DNA of 32,137 bases from Octopus bimaculoides (Eukaryota), in contig NC_068985.1 of assembly GCF_001194135.2 (NCBI RefSeq), forward strand, positions 61,781,925-61,814,061, given 5' to 3'. Position 1 is the stretch's first letter; the number at the start of each line of letters is the position of its first letter. Shown here piece after piece: positions 1 to 10,439 of this stretch. Under the pieces are notes generated by a model. It did not search any database, was not told where the DNA came from, and worked only from the letters and a program-made list of their open reading frames with translations. The translations under genes were made by a program, and so were the position numbers.

Positions 1-22
1 ATATATATATATATATATATAT
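1..22. repeat. (AT)n microsatellite
   Basis: Pure AT dinucleotide run at the window start. Confidence 0.95.
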
Positions 23-110
23 AGGAATTATATATAACAAGGGCGCTATGAAGCACCAGTTTTGCTAAAAATACTCCGAAGCGACGAAAATTAACACTAG
101 ATTTTCACAG

Positions 111-201
111 ACATGGTTGGAAAAAAGCGAAATGAAAAAGGATTGCGTCTTACTTCTGCAAAATTGCAAGAAGCAATAATTCTCTTCAACCATGTCTACT
201 C
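111..201 (+). CDS. Candidate internal coding exon of an unidentified host gene (phase-shifted frame MVGKKRNEKGLRLTSAKLQEAIILFNHVYS)
   Basis: Acceptor ATTTTCACAG ends at 110 and consensus donor GTAAGT starts at 202. One frame is open across all 91 bp (2+87+2). It ends in phase 2, compatible with the exon candidate at 14032. No homolog recognised. Confidence 0.35.
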
Positions 202-442
202 GTAAGTATTAATCAGATACTAATACGGTTAGATCCAGTATTTGGAAACAGAGTTGAACAAAATAACTACCTGATCTTGGCCCATGTTTCTGAACCCAAC
301 CTATGTACGCGGAAAGATTTTGCATTAAGTGACACTCATTAACTCCCTACTTCCATTACTTTTCCCCCTCAACTGTTTTTCTCGTTTACTTTCTCCTCCA
401 TTTCTTTCTATATGTATAGCTCTATGTCTATGTGAGTGCAGG

Positions 443-498
443 TATGTATGTATGTATGTATGTATGTATGTATGTATGTATGTATGTATGTATGTATG
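443..498. repeat. (TATG)n microsatellite
   Basis: Perfect tetranucleotide run. Confidence 0.95.
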
Positions 499-2071
499 TG
501 GCTAATAAGTGCGGGTAGTGCAGTGCAAGCTACACCCACTAAAAATTATTCATCTGCACAGGTACTTCCTGTACTCCAAATTTTTGTAAAATCATTCAAT
601 CTGATGTATATCTGTATGTACGTACGTATGTATATGTATGTTGTATGTATATATGTATGATTTTCGAGAGCTGAAAAAACAACAGCAGGCCACCGCATAT
701 TTTTGAAAAAAAAACACTGATACGTTTTTAAATACTTGACCGTAAATAAACAGTAAACGATCAAAGACATGGAATCTTAAAGCATTACCTGAATATCATC
801 CACAATATTAGTTGAAGGAATAGTGAATGTTGACTAAAAACTATAAACGTTCAGTTCAGTTTGTCAGTAGCAGCACAATAGTTTTTCAATTTTTAAACTT
901 GATTTCTTCAGTTTGCACAATGTTTGGTTCTTTTGATTTCTCATAAATTTTTAGTTAATGTGGCTAATATATATGAAATGTTAAATGCACTGTGGGTTTT
1001 GGAGAATGTAATTTCCGCGGCTGTTACATTCGAAGAAACGTCTTTGGAAAATTTTATCTTTTATCTATTGCCGAATAACAAAAAAAAGCAACAGTTTATG
1101 AAAAAAAAAAGAAGAAAATGCTATATAGGAGGGCCCCAAAACATATTATGGTATAGGCGTTAGACTAAAGACAAACTTTATGAACACACACCACTCAAAT
1201 TTACTGCTGCTCTACTCATGATAAGTTTTGTTGGCCACTGGTTATTGTACCGAACACCAGGCCATATTGGACGCTTTACTCTGGAAATTCCTTGAGCCTA
1301 CTACAATACAAAGACTACTTAACAACGTTGTTATTATTGACAAAGAAATACAACATGGAATTTGAACCTGCCAAAGCTAATGAAGAAACAAAGATTTCTG
1401 GTGTGATGCAGTAAAATGCATCTCGGTTGCAGTTGTTTAAAGAAAAATACACATTGAACTTCATATCTAGAATTGTAAGGGATCCCTGATTAATGCATTC
1501 CGGTAGAATCTACATTTTAGATAGATTTAAAAAATAAAAAAAAGTTACAGAGAGGAATACATTTCAATGAAAACTGTATTGAAATTATATTACATTGTAA
1601 GAAAGTTAACTCACATTGCATTGCATTAAAAACTTCATTTAATCATTATGGAACAACTATTTTGTAACCACTAAGCCAAATAGAAAACTTCTTTATAAGC
1701 AATAGTTCATAACTTTATTTAAGCAAACACCTCTACTTTGATAATATTTATTTGTCTTTAATGAGTGTCTGAGATAAAATAAAAAAAAACAGGTATATAT
1801 TATATATTTGAGTCACTTTTAGTTTGTTGCATGAAAATCTTTATTTCAGTCAGTTTTTACTAAAATATATGAATTATATTGTTGAATTATGTCAAGTTCT
1901 CTATATTGCTCGTGGTCTAATTCCTTCGCAACAAGCAATAAAAGATATCGTTGCTTTATTCAAAGCCCACCCGCCTATTCGTTTGCGCAAATTTAGTTTC
2001 CATATTCGTTTTCTACATAGTTTTTGACAGCTATTAGACTGTTTTTTTTTGTTTTGGTGACCGGGTGTTAA

Positions 2072-2127
2072 ACTATCTATCTATCAGTCTGTCTGTCTAT
2101 CTATCCATCTATCTATCTATCTATTTA

Positions 2128-2191
<64 letters not shown>
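2072..2191. repeat. Compound (CTAT)n-(CT)n-(AT)n microsatellite ending in an assembly gap
   Basis: Directly visible; N-gap 2192-2317 follows. Confidence 0.9.
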
Positions 2192-3734
2192 NNNNNNNNN
2201 NNNNNNNNNNNNNNNNNNNNNNNNNNNNNNNNNNNNNNNNNNNNNNNNNNNNNNNNNNNNNNNNNNNNNNNNNNNNNNNNNNNNNNNNNNNNNNNNNNNN
2301 NNNNNNNNNNNNNNNNNTATTAAATTAAAACATTAGGGTAAAAAATTGGATATTAATTAATATCAATTTAATACCAGGGAACAAGCACATTAAAAGAATC
2401 AAGGAGATTCAGAAAAAATATCTGAGATCTCAAAAGATTATTGTATATGTATATATAAAGGAGACCACTAGGTGCTGTCGTTTTTATCTATAAGTAGTTC
2501 TGCTTCATCCACGCCAGTTTGTCACGGCTTTAGACCTCTCACAGGTCTAGTCGTAGACCACACACAGAATACAGCTCCAGCCAGTTTCCAGCGACGACGT
2601 CAACACCACCAATCTACTGTCTACTACAGTTCCGTCGCCAGCGCCAGCACCACCACCAAAGTACACGCTACCACCAACAACCGCGGTTCTGTCTCAACAC
2701 TGTTTGTGTGGATTGTTTCCACCACGAAAATAACAGCCAGAACCATCATGCGAGGATATTCTGTACCAAGTTACCGGTCACAGCATCGACGCTCAACTTC
2801 ACACACGACATGTGACACCACAGCTCTGCTATTCGGCCACAATCTCTTGAGTACAGACATTCTACCTACTTTGAAACTCTTCTATGAACTGGTATTTCTC
2901 CATCTCTGTGTTCAGGACTCTTATAGTCTATGTTACAGACACAAATTACAAGCTCTGTCCGTCTCATTCACACACACACACACATATATTGTATACACAC
3001 TACTGTACACGAAGGCCTGTCTTATGTATTGTGCTACTTATATTGCCGCATGCACGCACACACAGACACATAGTTAACTACACTAATAAACATACGCTTT
3101 ATATGTATCTAACGGTTGTCTCTGTCTCTCTCTTTCCTTGCTGCCACTTGCTCGCATCTCACATTGTGAGCCCTATTATGTCATATTACATGTCTTGTGT
3201 CTACCGTGCGATACGTTAAAAGGAGCCTTCTCCCGTTCGTCGCCACTCTCCTTTGGTTCGCACAGTCGTTCTATTACACATCTATAACTAATGAGAAACA
3301 TTTTACTTGCACTTTCCATAGTCTCTATAATTCAATAGCTAGGTTCTAGTACTTTGCTATTTTTTCTGTACCTCTCATATTGATATTTTCCTCATTTGGG
3401 ACGGTAAAGTCAATTATCTGGCACTTTCTATTCTCTTTATCTACTACTACTAAATCAGGCCTTCTAGGTTCTATTACTGTGTCAGTTTGAATATTAAAGT
3501 CCCACATTTTGTATTTATTACTTTCTAGTACTTTACTAGGTTCATGTTCATACCATTTATTAGTATGTTCAAATCCTAGTTTTCTACATAAACTCCCAGT
3601 GGATTACTCTCCCTACGTTGTCATGTCTTTTCTTGTATTCTTTCTGTGCCAGCATGCTACATTCACTTACTATATGTGTAGCATTTTCTTCTTTTGATTT
3701 GCATAACCTATTTGGTTTTTCTCTATCTTGGTTT

Positions 3735-4050
3735 TTATCCAATTAGTCCTAACAAACTTTCTGTCTTCCTTTTCAGCTTTCCTTTCTGCAACCATAACCA
3801 TGTCTCACTCCCACTATTTGCTTGCAACAATCTTTGGGAATCTACCATGCAACGCCTTCTCCTATCAGTCAGACAATTTCTGTTCTTTTTTCTGGTTTTT
3901 AACTTGTTTGAGTTTTTGGTTTCCCTATGTCTTACTAACACCACGCAGTCTTCTACTGATTTTCTTATGGAGTGTGGTGCAGTTTTTTGTTGTATTAGTG
4001 TTTGTATTATGTGTTGTTTGTGTAACGCGTTGGGTATCCAGCATGCTGAT
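3735..4050 (-). mobile_element. R4/Dong-clade non-LTR retrotransposon fragment (post-RT linker region)
   Basis: Minus-strand translation with frameshifts gives HSIRKSVE ... KNQKKEQKLSD**EKALHGRFPKI ... TWLWLQKGKLKRKTESLL. This matches the conserved K-x-LHG-x-F and W-x-WL-x-KG-x-LK-x-ETE motifs preceding the CCHC knuckle of R4/Dong ORFs. Confidence 0.7.
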
Positions 4051-4123
4051 GGTAATTTAATTCACTGGATATTTGCTGTATAGAGTGTATCTTGTGTTTG
4101 TAGATCGTTTTGTTTAAGTTGTA

Positions 4124-4385
4124 TTATTGGATCGATAGTGTCTTGCGTAGGATGTGGGCTGTTCCTAGAAAGGCTATTTTTTGGATAGTGTGTAGTATTG
4201 AGGATCCAGTTATAGCTTCTAAGTTTTTGTTCATATATTTTTTTATCATGCCCAATGCTCCAATTATTGCTATTATTGTTTTCACCTTCATGCTCCACAC
4301 CTTGAATACTTCAATTTCGAGGTCTTTGCGTTTTGAAACATTTTCCACTTCTTTTTGGACAATATTTTGGTCAGAAGGGACTGCA
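4124..4385 (-). mobile_element. R4/Dong-clade fragment, C-terminal half of the restriction-like endonuclease domain
   Basis: AVPSDQNIVQKEVENVSKRKDLEIEVFKVWSMKVKTIIAIIGALGMIKK...IQKIAFLGTAHILRKTLSIQ*. The 5' truncation point abuts the (TAA)n tract at 4386. Confidence 0.85.

Positions 4386-4466
<81 letters not shown>
4386..4466. repeat. (ATT)n, i.e. (TAA)n tail/target on the minus strand
   Basis: Perfect trinucleotide run between two Dong-like copies. Confidence 0.95.
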
Positions 4467-4467
4467 G

Positions 4468-5704
4468 TTCAGTAGTTTTATTTTTATAACGTGCTTTCAC
4501 TTCACTACCGAGCGCAGCTCTGTGCGCCTTGGGTATGTGCTGTGGTTTGCTGNNNNNNNNNNNNNNNNNNNNNNNNNNNNNNNNNNNNNNNNNNNNNNNN
4601 NNNNNNNNNNNNNNNNNNNNNNNNNNNNNNNNNNNNNNNNNNNNNNNNNNNNNNNNNNNNNNNNNNNNNNNNNNNNNNNNNNNNNNNNNNNNNNNNNNNN
4701 NNNNNNNNNNNNNNNNNNNNNNNNNNNNNNNNNNNNNNNNNNNNNNNNNNNNNNNNNNNNNNNNNNNNNNNNNNNNNNNNNNNNNNNNNNNNNNNNNNNN
4801 NNNNNNNNNNNNNNNNNNNNNNNNNNNNNNNNNNNNNNNNNNNNNNNNNNNNNNNNNNNNNNNNNNNNNNNNNNNNNNNNNNNNNNNNNNNNNNNNNNNN
4901 NNNNNNNNNNNNNNNNNNNNNNNNNNNNNNNNNNNNNNNNNNNNNNNNNNNNNNNNNNNNNNNNNNNNNNNNNNNNNNNNNNNNNNNNNNNNNNNNNNNN
5001 NNNNNNNNNNNNNNNNNNNNNNNNNNNNNNNNNNNNNNNNNNNNNNNNNNNNNNNNNNNNNNNNNNNNNNNNNNNNNNNNNNNNNNNNNNNNNNNNNNNN
5101 NNNNNNNNNNNNNNNNNNNNNNNNNNNNNNNNNNNNNNNNNNNNNNNNNNNNNNNNNNNNNNNNNNNNNNNNNNNNNNNNNNNNNNNNNNNNNNNNNNNN
5201 NNNNNNNNNNNNNNNNNNNNNNNNNNNNNNNNNNNNNNNNNNNNNNNNNNNNNNNNNNNNNNNNNNNNNNNNNNNNNNNNNNNNNNNNNNNNNNNNNNNN
5301 NNNNNNNNNNNNNNNNNNNNNNNNNNNNNNNNNNNNNNNNNNNNNNNNNNNNNNNNNNNNNNNNNNNNNNNNNNNNNNNNNNNNNNNNNNNNNNNNNNNN
5401 NNNNNNNNNNNNNNNNNNNNNNNNNNNNNNNNNNNNNNNNNNNNNNNNNNNNNNNNNNNNNTAGTTTTAGTTTGGATTTCATTTGTTTTATAACTTTTGT
5501 TGTTTCTTCTTCTTCTTCTTCTTCTTCGTATTTGTTAGGTAGATTGATTTCTTGTTTGTATTTGTCAGCTTCCTTAAATACTGAAAACAGTTTTTTGTTT
5601 TGCTCGTGTTTTAGTTTCCCTTGCTTTTGGAGTAGGTATTTTTGCAGTCCTATGGTGGTTATTTTATAATAGTTTTCCAGCTGTATAAGACCCCTGCCAC
5701 CTTC

Positions 5705-5706
<2 letters not shown>
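4468..5706 (-). mobile_element. 5'-truncated R4/Dong-clade copy spanning a 909-N gap
   Basis: 5703-5462 translates EGGRGLIQLENYYKITTIGLQKYLL...KKLFSVFKEADKYKQE (GGRGL thumb motif). 4552-4468 is a non-coding 3' end (…GCGCTCGGTAGTGAAGTGAAAGCACGTTATAAAAATAAAACTACTGAA) running into (TAA)n. Continuity across the gap is inferred from strand and spacing. Confidence 0.75.

Positions 5707-5743
<37 letters not shown>
5707..5743. repeat. (TTA)n, i.e. (TAA)n tail/target on the minus strand
   Basis: Perfect run between two Dong-like copies. Confidence 0.95.
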
Positions 5744-6396
5744 CAGATGCTTTTAATCTGTATGTTTGTTACAATCACTTGCCGAGACACTCCCAACGTC
5801 CTGGGGCGAGTGAAGGATAAGAGATGTTACAGTATGACTGAAAGCTTGGGGAGCGGAAGTGGCAGGGGCAGTAGCGAAATATATTCATGTAATACAACAC
5901 AGACATTTAAATGTATAGGGTTTTTTATAGGATGTAGGCAGTACTTGCCAGCACAACCTTTTGGATTTCTCAAAGTCATGGTTTTCCTGGGATCTTATCT
6001 AGATGTTTCTGAGCTCCCTTTTTATCATACCTAGGGCACCTACAATAACAGGAACAATTTTTGCTTTAAGATGCCACGTCTTTTTTATTTCAGTTTTCAG
6101 GTCCGTATATTTACTTCATTTGTCAAGTACCTTTACAGATATATTTTTATCAGTGGGAACACTTACATCTATTAGTTTACAAGTATTTTCTTCCCTGTCT
6201 TTAATAATCATATCTGATCGATTAGCCTGGATCGTTCTGTTAGTGTCGATTGGAAAATCCCAGAAGATAGCGATATTTTTACCTTCAATGACTCGCTCAG
6301 GATGATGTTCATACCAATAAGCAGGAATGCTGAATTTGTAATGCTTGCATATTTTCCGTCCTACCCTATCGTGGCGATTTTTGTATTCGTTTGTAC
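5744..6396 (-). mobile_element. 5'-truncated R4/Dong-clade copy: RLE endonuclease domain plus 3' UTR
   Basis: EYKNRHDRVGRKIC...WYEHHPERVIEGKNIAIFWDFPIDTNRTIQANRSDMIIKDREENTCKLIDVSVPTDKNI...SKYTDLKTEIKKTWHLKAKIVPVIVGALGMIK...EIQKVVLASTAYIL, with stop at 5907-5909 and internal stops. (TAA)n lies on both sides. Confidence 0.9.
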
Positions 6397-6566
<170 letters not shown>

Positions 6567-6910
6567 AGTCAGGGAGCAGTGCATTCCATCAAAATATACG
6601 AAGCCCAATATACTCATCATGACCACCCGTACAAGGGTACATCAGAAACATGCATCACAAGCATATGTGCGTGATATGATGATCTCATATCAAGATAAAC
6701 GGCACATGACCTTGCATGAGGGGCCCAGTTAGAATTTTCTTCAGGTCGAGTAGCCCATCCCGCTCAAAAAGTCTCTGAATAAGGGTTGTTTAAGGATGTT
6801 GAATGAAATAACCATGCTTCCAGAGGTAAATTATTCAAATCCCAGAGAATTTCTTTCAACACATGGCTATGATGCTCCCCGCCACTACTTCTGCACTTGA
6901 TCAGAGATGC
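6567..6910 (-). mobile_element. Non-coding 3' end of a (TAA)n-tailed interspersed retroelement
   Basis: Moderately GC-rich non-coding block ending on the minus strand in …GGAATGCACTGCTCCCTGACT(TAA)n. It resembles a recurrent octopus repeat 3' end (from memory, not verified). The left boundary is sharp; the right boundary is approximate. Confidence 0.55.
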
Positions 6911-8016
6911 ACCAATCATCATCTGCTAACTGGTTCAGGTCAAGCAACTGACAAGCAAATCTGTGGTACTGAGCAGAATATTTGTTGTAGCCCATCTTTA
7001 GCTTATTTTACTCCTAGAAAGTCTTTCGTTCACATATTCATCAGATACATTTTTAATTTTGATGGAGTAAAAGTTTATTCTGGCCATTAGTTTTCACTGT
7101 AGTATCTCCATATTGAAGTGACAGGTTCTGCTGATCTTGGCTATAAATGTTGTCCGCAAAATATCTAAGACTGAGGTAAAATCCTTCAAACGAAGTGATA
7201 GAGAGTGTTAACATACAAGAAGTAGTTAAGTAGCTACTGTCGCAGCCTATCTACAATCTGGCTTGTTACGATTAACTAATATTGCATCATGGATTAACCT
7301 GCATTATTATCAGAAATAATAGTTTAACAGTTTCTCTAGACTTTTTCACAACAAGCCACACACTTGTACACACTAACACACATAATCATGCTCACAGACA
7401 TGTTACATCACACGACACATCAAATAACACAAACAGAAGCACACACACATTCACGTACACACGCATACACACACATACATACACATTACTGACATGCAAG
7501 ATTGTCATGAAGAAGGCAGGATACAGTAGTAATATTTCTCTTCACTGTTATCTAGGTTAATCCTTATTCCTCGTGGAAATTCTGAACTACCTTTGCAGTC
7601 TATACTTTAGAGACTAAATAAAATATACAAAAATATACTGCATGATAAAAATTAGGAGAAAAAGATTTTTGTGAGAAAAGAAATAAGTTTCACGCATGAA
7701 CGCATGCATGTTGGCGTCATATGATCTAACATGCAAACTAATCTGTAAACTACAAAGACAAGGCCATATTACTTTGCCTCCCTAAAAGCGATCTTCTGGA
7801 ATTTAACTATACTCAATCTAGTGCAAAGGGTTGGTTATGTAAGTGGTGTCAGGTTTACCCTATCTCCATCACTGTAACTCTAACTGCGATAATATAGGAA
7901 TCCTTGACGAACACAAAACAGAAGAGCGTGCACGGCCTTTAAGCGTTTTCACGGGAGTTGTTAGTGAGCAGAATATATGATACAGACACGCAACATACAC
8001 ACATGTATGCACGAAC

Positions 8017-8091
8017 GTATGTATGTATGTATGTATGTATATATGTATGTATATATGTATGTATGTAGGTATGTTTGTATGTATGTATGTA
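8017..8091. repeat. (GTAT)n microsatellite
   Basis: Directly visible. Confidence 0.9.
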
Positions 8092-8181
8092 TCCTTTGTC
8101 TCACTCCGAACACTGAACACTAACCCTGCTGGGGCTTATGTGTGTATACTTATATATACAAAAACATAAGTACACACATAC

Positions 8182-8217
<36 letters not shown>

Positions 8218-8221
<4 letters not shown>

Positions 8222-8418
8222 CGAAGGAGTGGCTGCGTGGATAGGCGTAGGAGTGGCTGTGTGGCATAGGCGTTGGAGTGGATGTGTGGTGAGTAGTTTG
8301 CTTACGAACCACATGGTTCCGGGTTCAGTCCCACTGTGTTGCACCTTAGGCAAGTGTCATCTACTGTAGCCTCGGGCCGACCGAAGCCTTGTGAGTGGAT
8401 TTGATAGATGGAAACTGA
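8218..8418 (+). mobile_element. tRNA-derived SINE, 5' part, with a triplicated head; runs into a gap
   Basis: GGAGTGGCTGTGTGG (A-box-like) ... GGTTCCGGGTTCAGTCCCACTG (B-box-like). Near-identical to the copy at 28754 up to GGAAACTGA. Confidence 0.9.
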
Positions 8419-8856
8419 NNNNNNNNNNNNNNNNNNNNNNNNNNNNNNNNNNNNNNNNNNNNNNNNNNNNNNNNNNNNNNNNNNNNNNNNNNNNNNNNNN
8501 NNNNNNNNNNNNNNNNNNNNNNNNNNNNNNNNNNNNNNNNNNNNNNNNNNNNNNNNNNNNNNNNNNNNNNNNNNNNNNNNNNNNNNNNNNNNNNNNNNNN
8601 NNNNNNNNNNNNNNNNNNNNNNNNNNNNNNNNNNNNNNNNNNNNNNNNNNNNNNNNNNNNNNNNNNNNNNNNNNNNNNNNNNNNNNNNNNNNNNNNNNNN
8701 NNNNNNNNNNNNNNNNNNNNNNNNNNNNNNNNNNNNNNNNNNNNNNNNNNNNNNNNNNNNNNNNNNNNNNNNNNNNNNNNNNNNNNNNNNNNNNNNNNNN
8801 NNNNNNNNNNNNNNNNNNNNNNNNNNNNNNNNNNNNNNNNNNNNNNNNNNNNNNNN

Positions 8857-8922
<66 letters not shown>

Positions 8923-9133
8923 TCATGCACAGACATGTACAGTCATTTGAATTTAATAACGATAAACCATAAAACAGCGACCAATATAGAAAGCAGATTT
9001 TATATATTTGTATTGAAACTGGGGCTTCCTTTTGTCGGTCTTCGGCCTACCATGTTCCGCTTATTGACGTTGATAAGTGGAAACGGGAAACTCAGAGTAG
9101 CGCTTTCTTTCATTACTACTCAGAATAATTTAT

Positions 9134-9194
9134 GTGTGTATGTATGTATGCATGTATGTATGTATGTATGCATGTATGTATGTATGTATGTATG

Positions 9195-9226
<32 letters not shown>

Positions 9227-9308
9227 TAGATAGATAGGTAGATAGATAGATAGGTAGATAGATAGATAGGTAGATAGATAGATAGGTAGATAGATAGATA
9301 GATAGATA
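9134..9308. repeat. Compound (TATG)n-(TA)n-(GA)n-(GATA)n microsatellite
   Basis: Directly visible. Confidence 0.9.
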
Positions 9309-9377
9309 TGCACATGCACCTGGTTTTTCTCTCCCACCCTTTCCCTATTTTTCTCTCTTTTTCACCGTTCCCTCTCT

Positions 9378-9504
9378 CTCTCTCTCACTCTTCCTCCTTG
9401 ACTCTCTCTCACTCTTCCTCCTTGACTCTCTCTCACTCTTCCTCCTTGACTCTCTCTCACTCTTCCTCCTTGACTCTCTCTCACTCTTCCTCCTTGACTC
9501 TCTC
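9378..9504. repeat. 24-bp pyrimidine-rich minisatellite, 5 perfect copies (CTCTCTCTCACTCTTCCTCCTTGA)
   Basis: Units start at 9378, 9402, 9426, 9450 and 9474, followed by a 7-bp partial unit. Confidence 0.95.
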
Positions 9505-9847
9505 GTCGCTGATACGTGACTAAAGGGGATCTCTCTTTCTGTCCACTGCCCTCCTAAAGAAAAGACGTGCTTTTTTCTGTCTCTTCTCTCATGGCTCGTC
9601 TATCTAGCGTTCATAATAATTTTTCTATCGTCTCGACTCAACAGCCCTCACCGTTTCTTTTTACTGTCTTGTTCTCACTGTCCTCGTCTTGTTAACACTG
9701 TNNNNNNNNNNTCTCGACTCAACAGCCCTCACCGTTTCTTTTTACTGTCTTGTTCTCACTGTCCTCGTCTTGTTAACACTGTCACCCTCCGCAAAAAATC
9801 CCAAATTTTACTTAATTTGCTTTGCGGGAAGGACTGTTTCAACGAAG

Positions 9848-9910
9848 TCGCGTATTGTCCTGGCCCTCGAAACGCGGAGTAGATGAAACAGGGACAACTG
9901 ACGAAGGGGT
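9848..9910 (+). ncRNA. Candidate non-circularly permuted (pseudoknotted) hammerhead ribozyme
   Basis: GUA triplet 9852-9854, GAAA 9869-9872 and CUGACGA 9898-9904. Stem III is 9848-9853/9872-9877, stem I is 9855-9861/9891-9897, stem II is 9865-9868/9906-9909. Activity untested. Confidence 0.6.
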
Positions 9911-10439
9911 ATACTCTTTATGTTTCATGTCTCGTTTCTCTGTTTTTTTCGTTGTTCGAAAAAAGTTCGTTTTCTGTTTTCGTTTCTCATTGTGTTTAAC
10001 GTTTTNNNNNNNNNNNNNNNNNNNNNNNNNNNNNNNNNNNNNNNNNNNNNNNNNNNNNNNNNNNNNNNNNNNNNNNNNNNNNNNNNNNNNNNNNNNNNNN
10101 NNNNNNNNNNNNNNNNNNNNNNNNNNNNNNNNNNNNNNNNNNNNNNNNNNNNNNNNNNNNNNNNNNNNNNNNNNNNNNNNNNNNNNNNNNNNNNNNNNNN
10201 NNNNNNNNNNNNNNNTATATATATATATATGTATATATTCTCTTGCTTCACTGATGATCGCTGTGTACAAGAAATTGGTCATCAGTGTAAGATCATGGAA
10301 TGACGGAAGTAACAACTGACATCACTTACGCATTCTGTATATACATACAAACACATATTTATATCTTGGTAACTTGTCAGTCATTAATGTGTCAGAAAAA
10401 TTGCCTAGAGATATTTTTTGTAACCCGTTGCGTTCTGAG

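Noticed and set aside
230-350. Short open frame ...NYLILAHVSEPNLCTRKDFALSDTH* considered as a LINE C-terminus
   Set aside because: No recognisable family motif, and too short to support a call.
4333-5669. Long track ORFs of 300-390 aa, and similar ones at 8357-8972, 13168-13875, 19054-19631 and 26847-27638
   Set aside because: They are open only because they run through N-gaps and microsatellites.
9631-9782. Exact 71-bp direct duplication (9631-9701 and 9712-9782)
   Set aside because: The copies are identical and flank a 10-N placeholder gap. This is the classic signature of an unmerged contig overlap, not biology.
10251-10320. C/D-box snoRNA (TGATGA ... CTGA)
   Set aside because: No terminal stem or D' box, and box C is sequestered in an inverted repeat. 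Such short motifs occur by chance.
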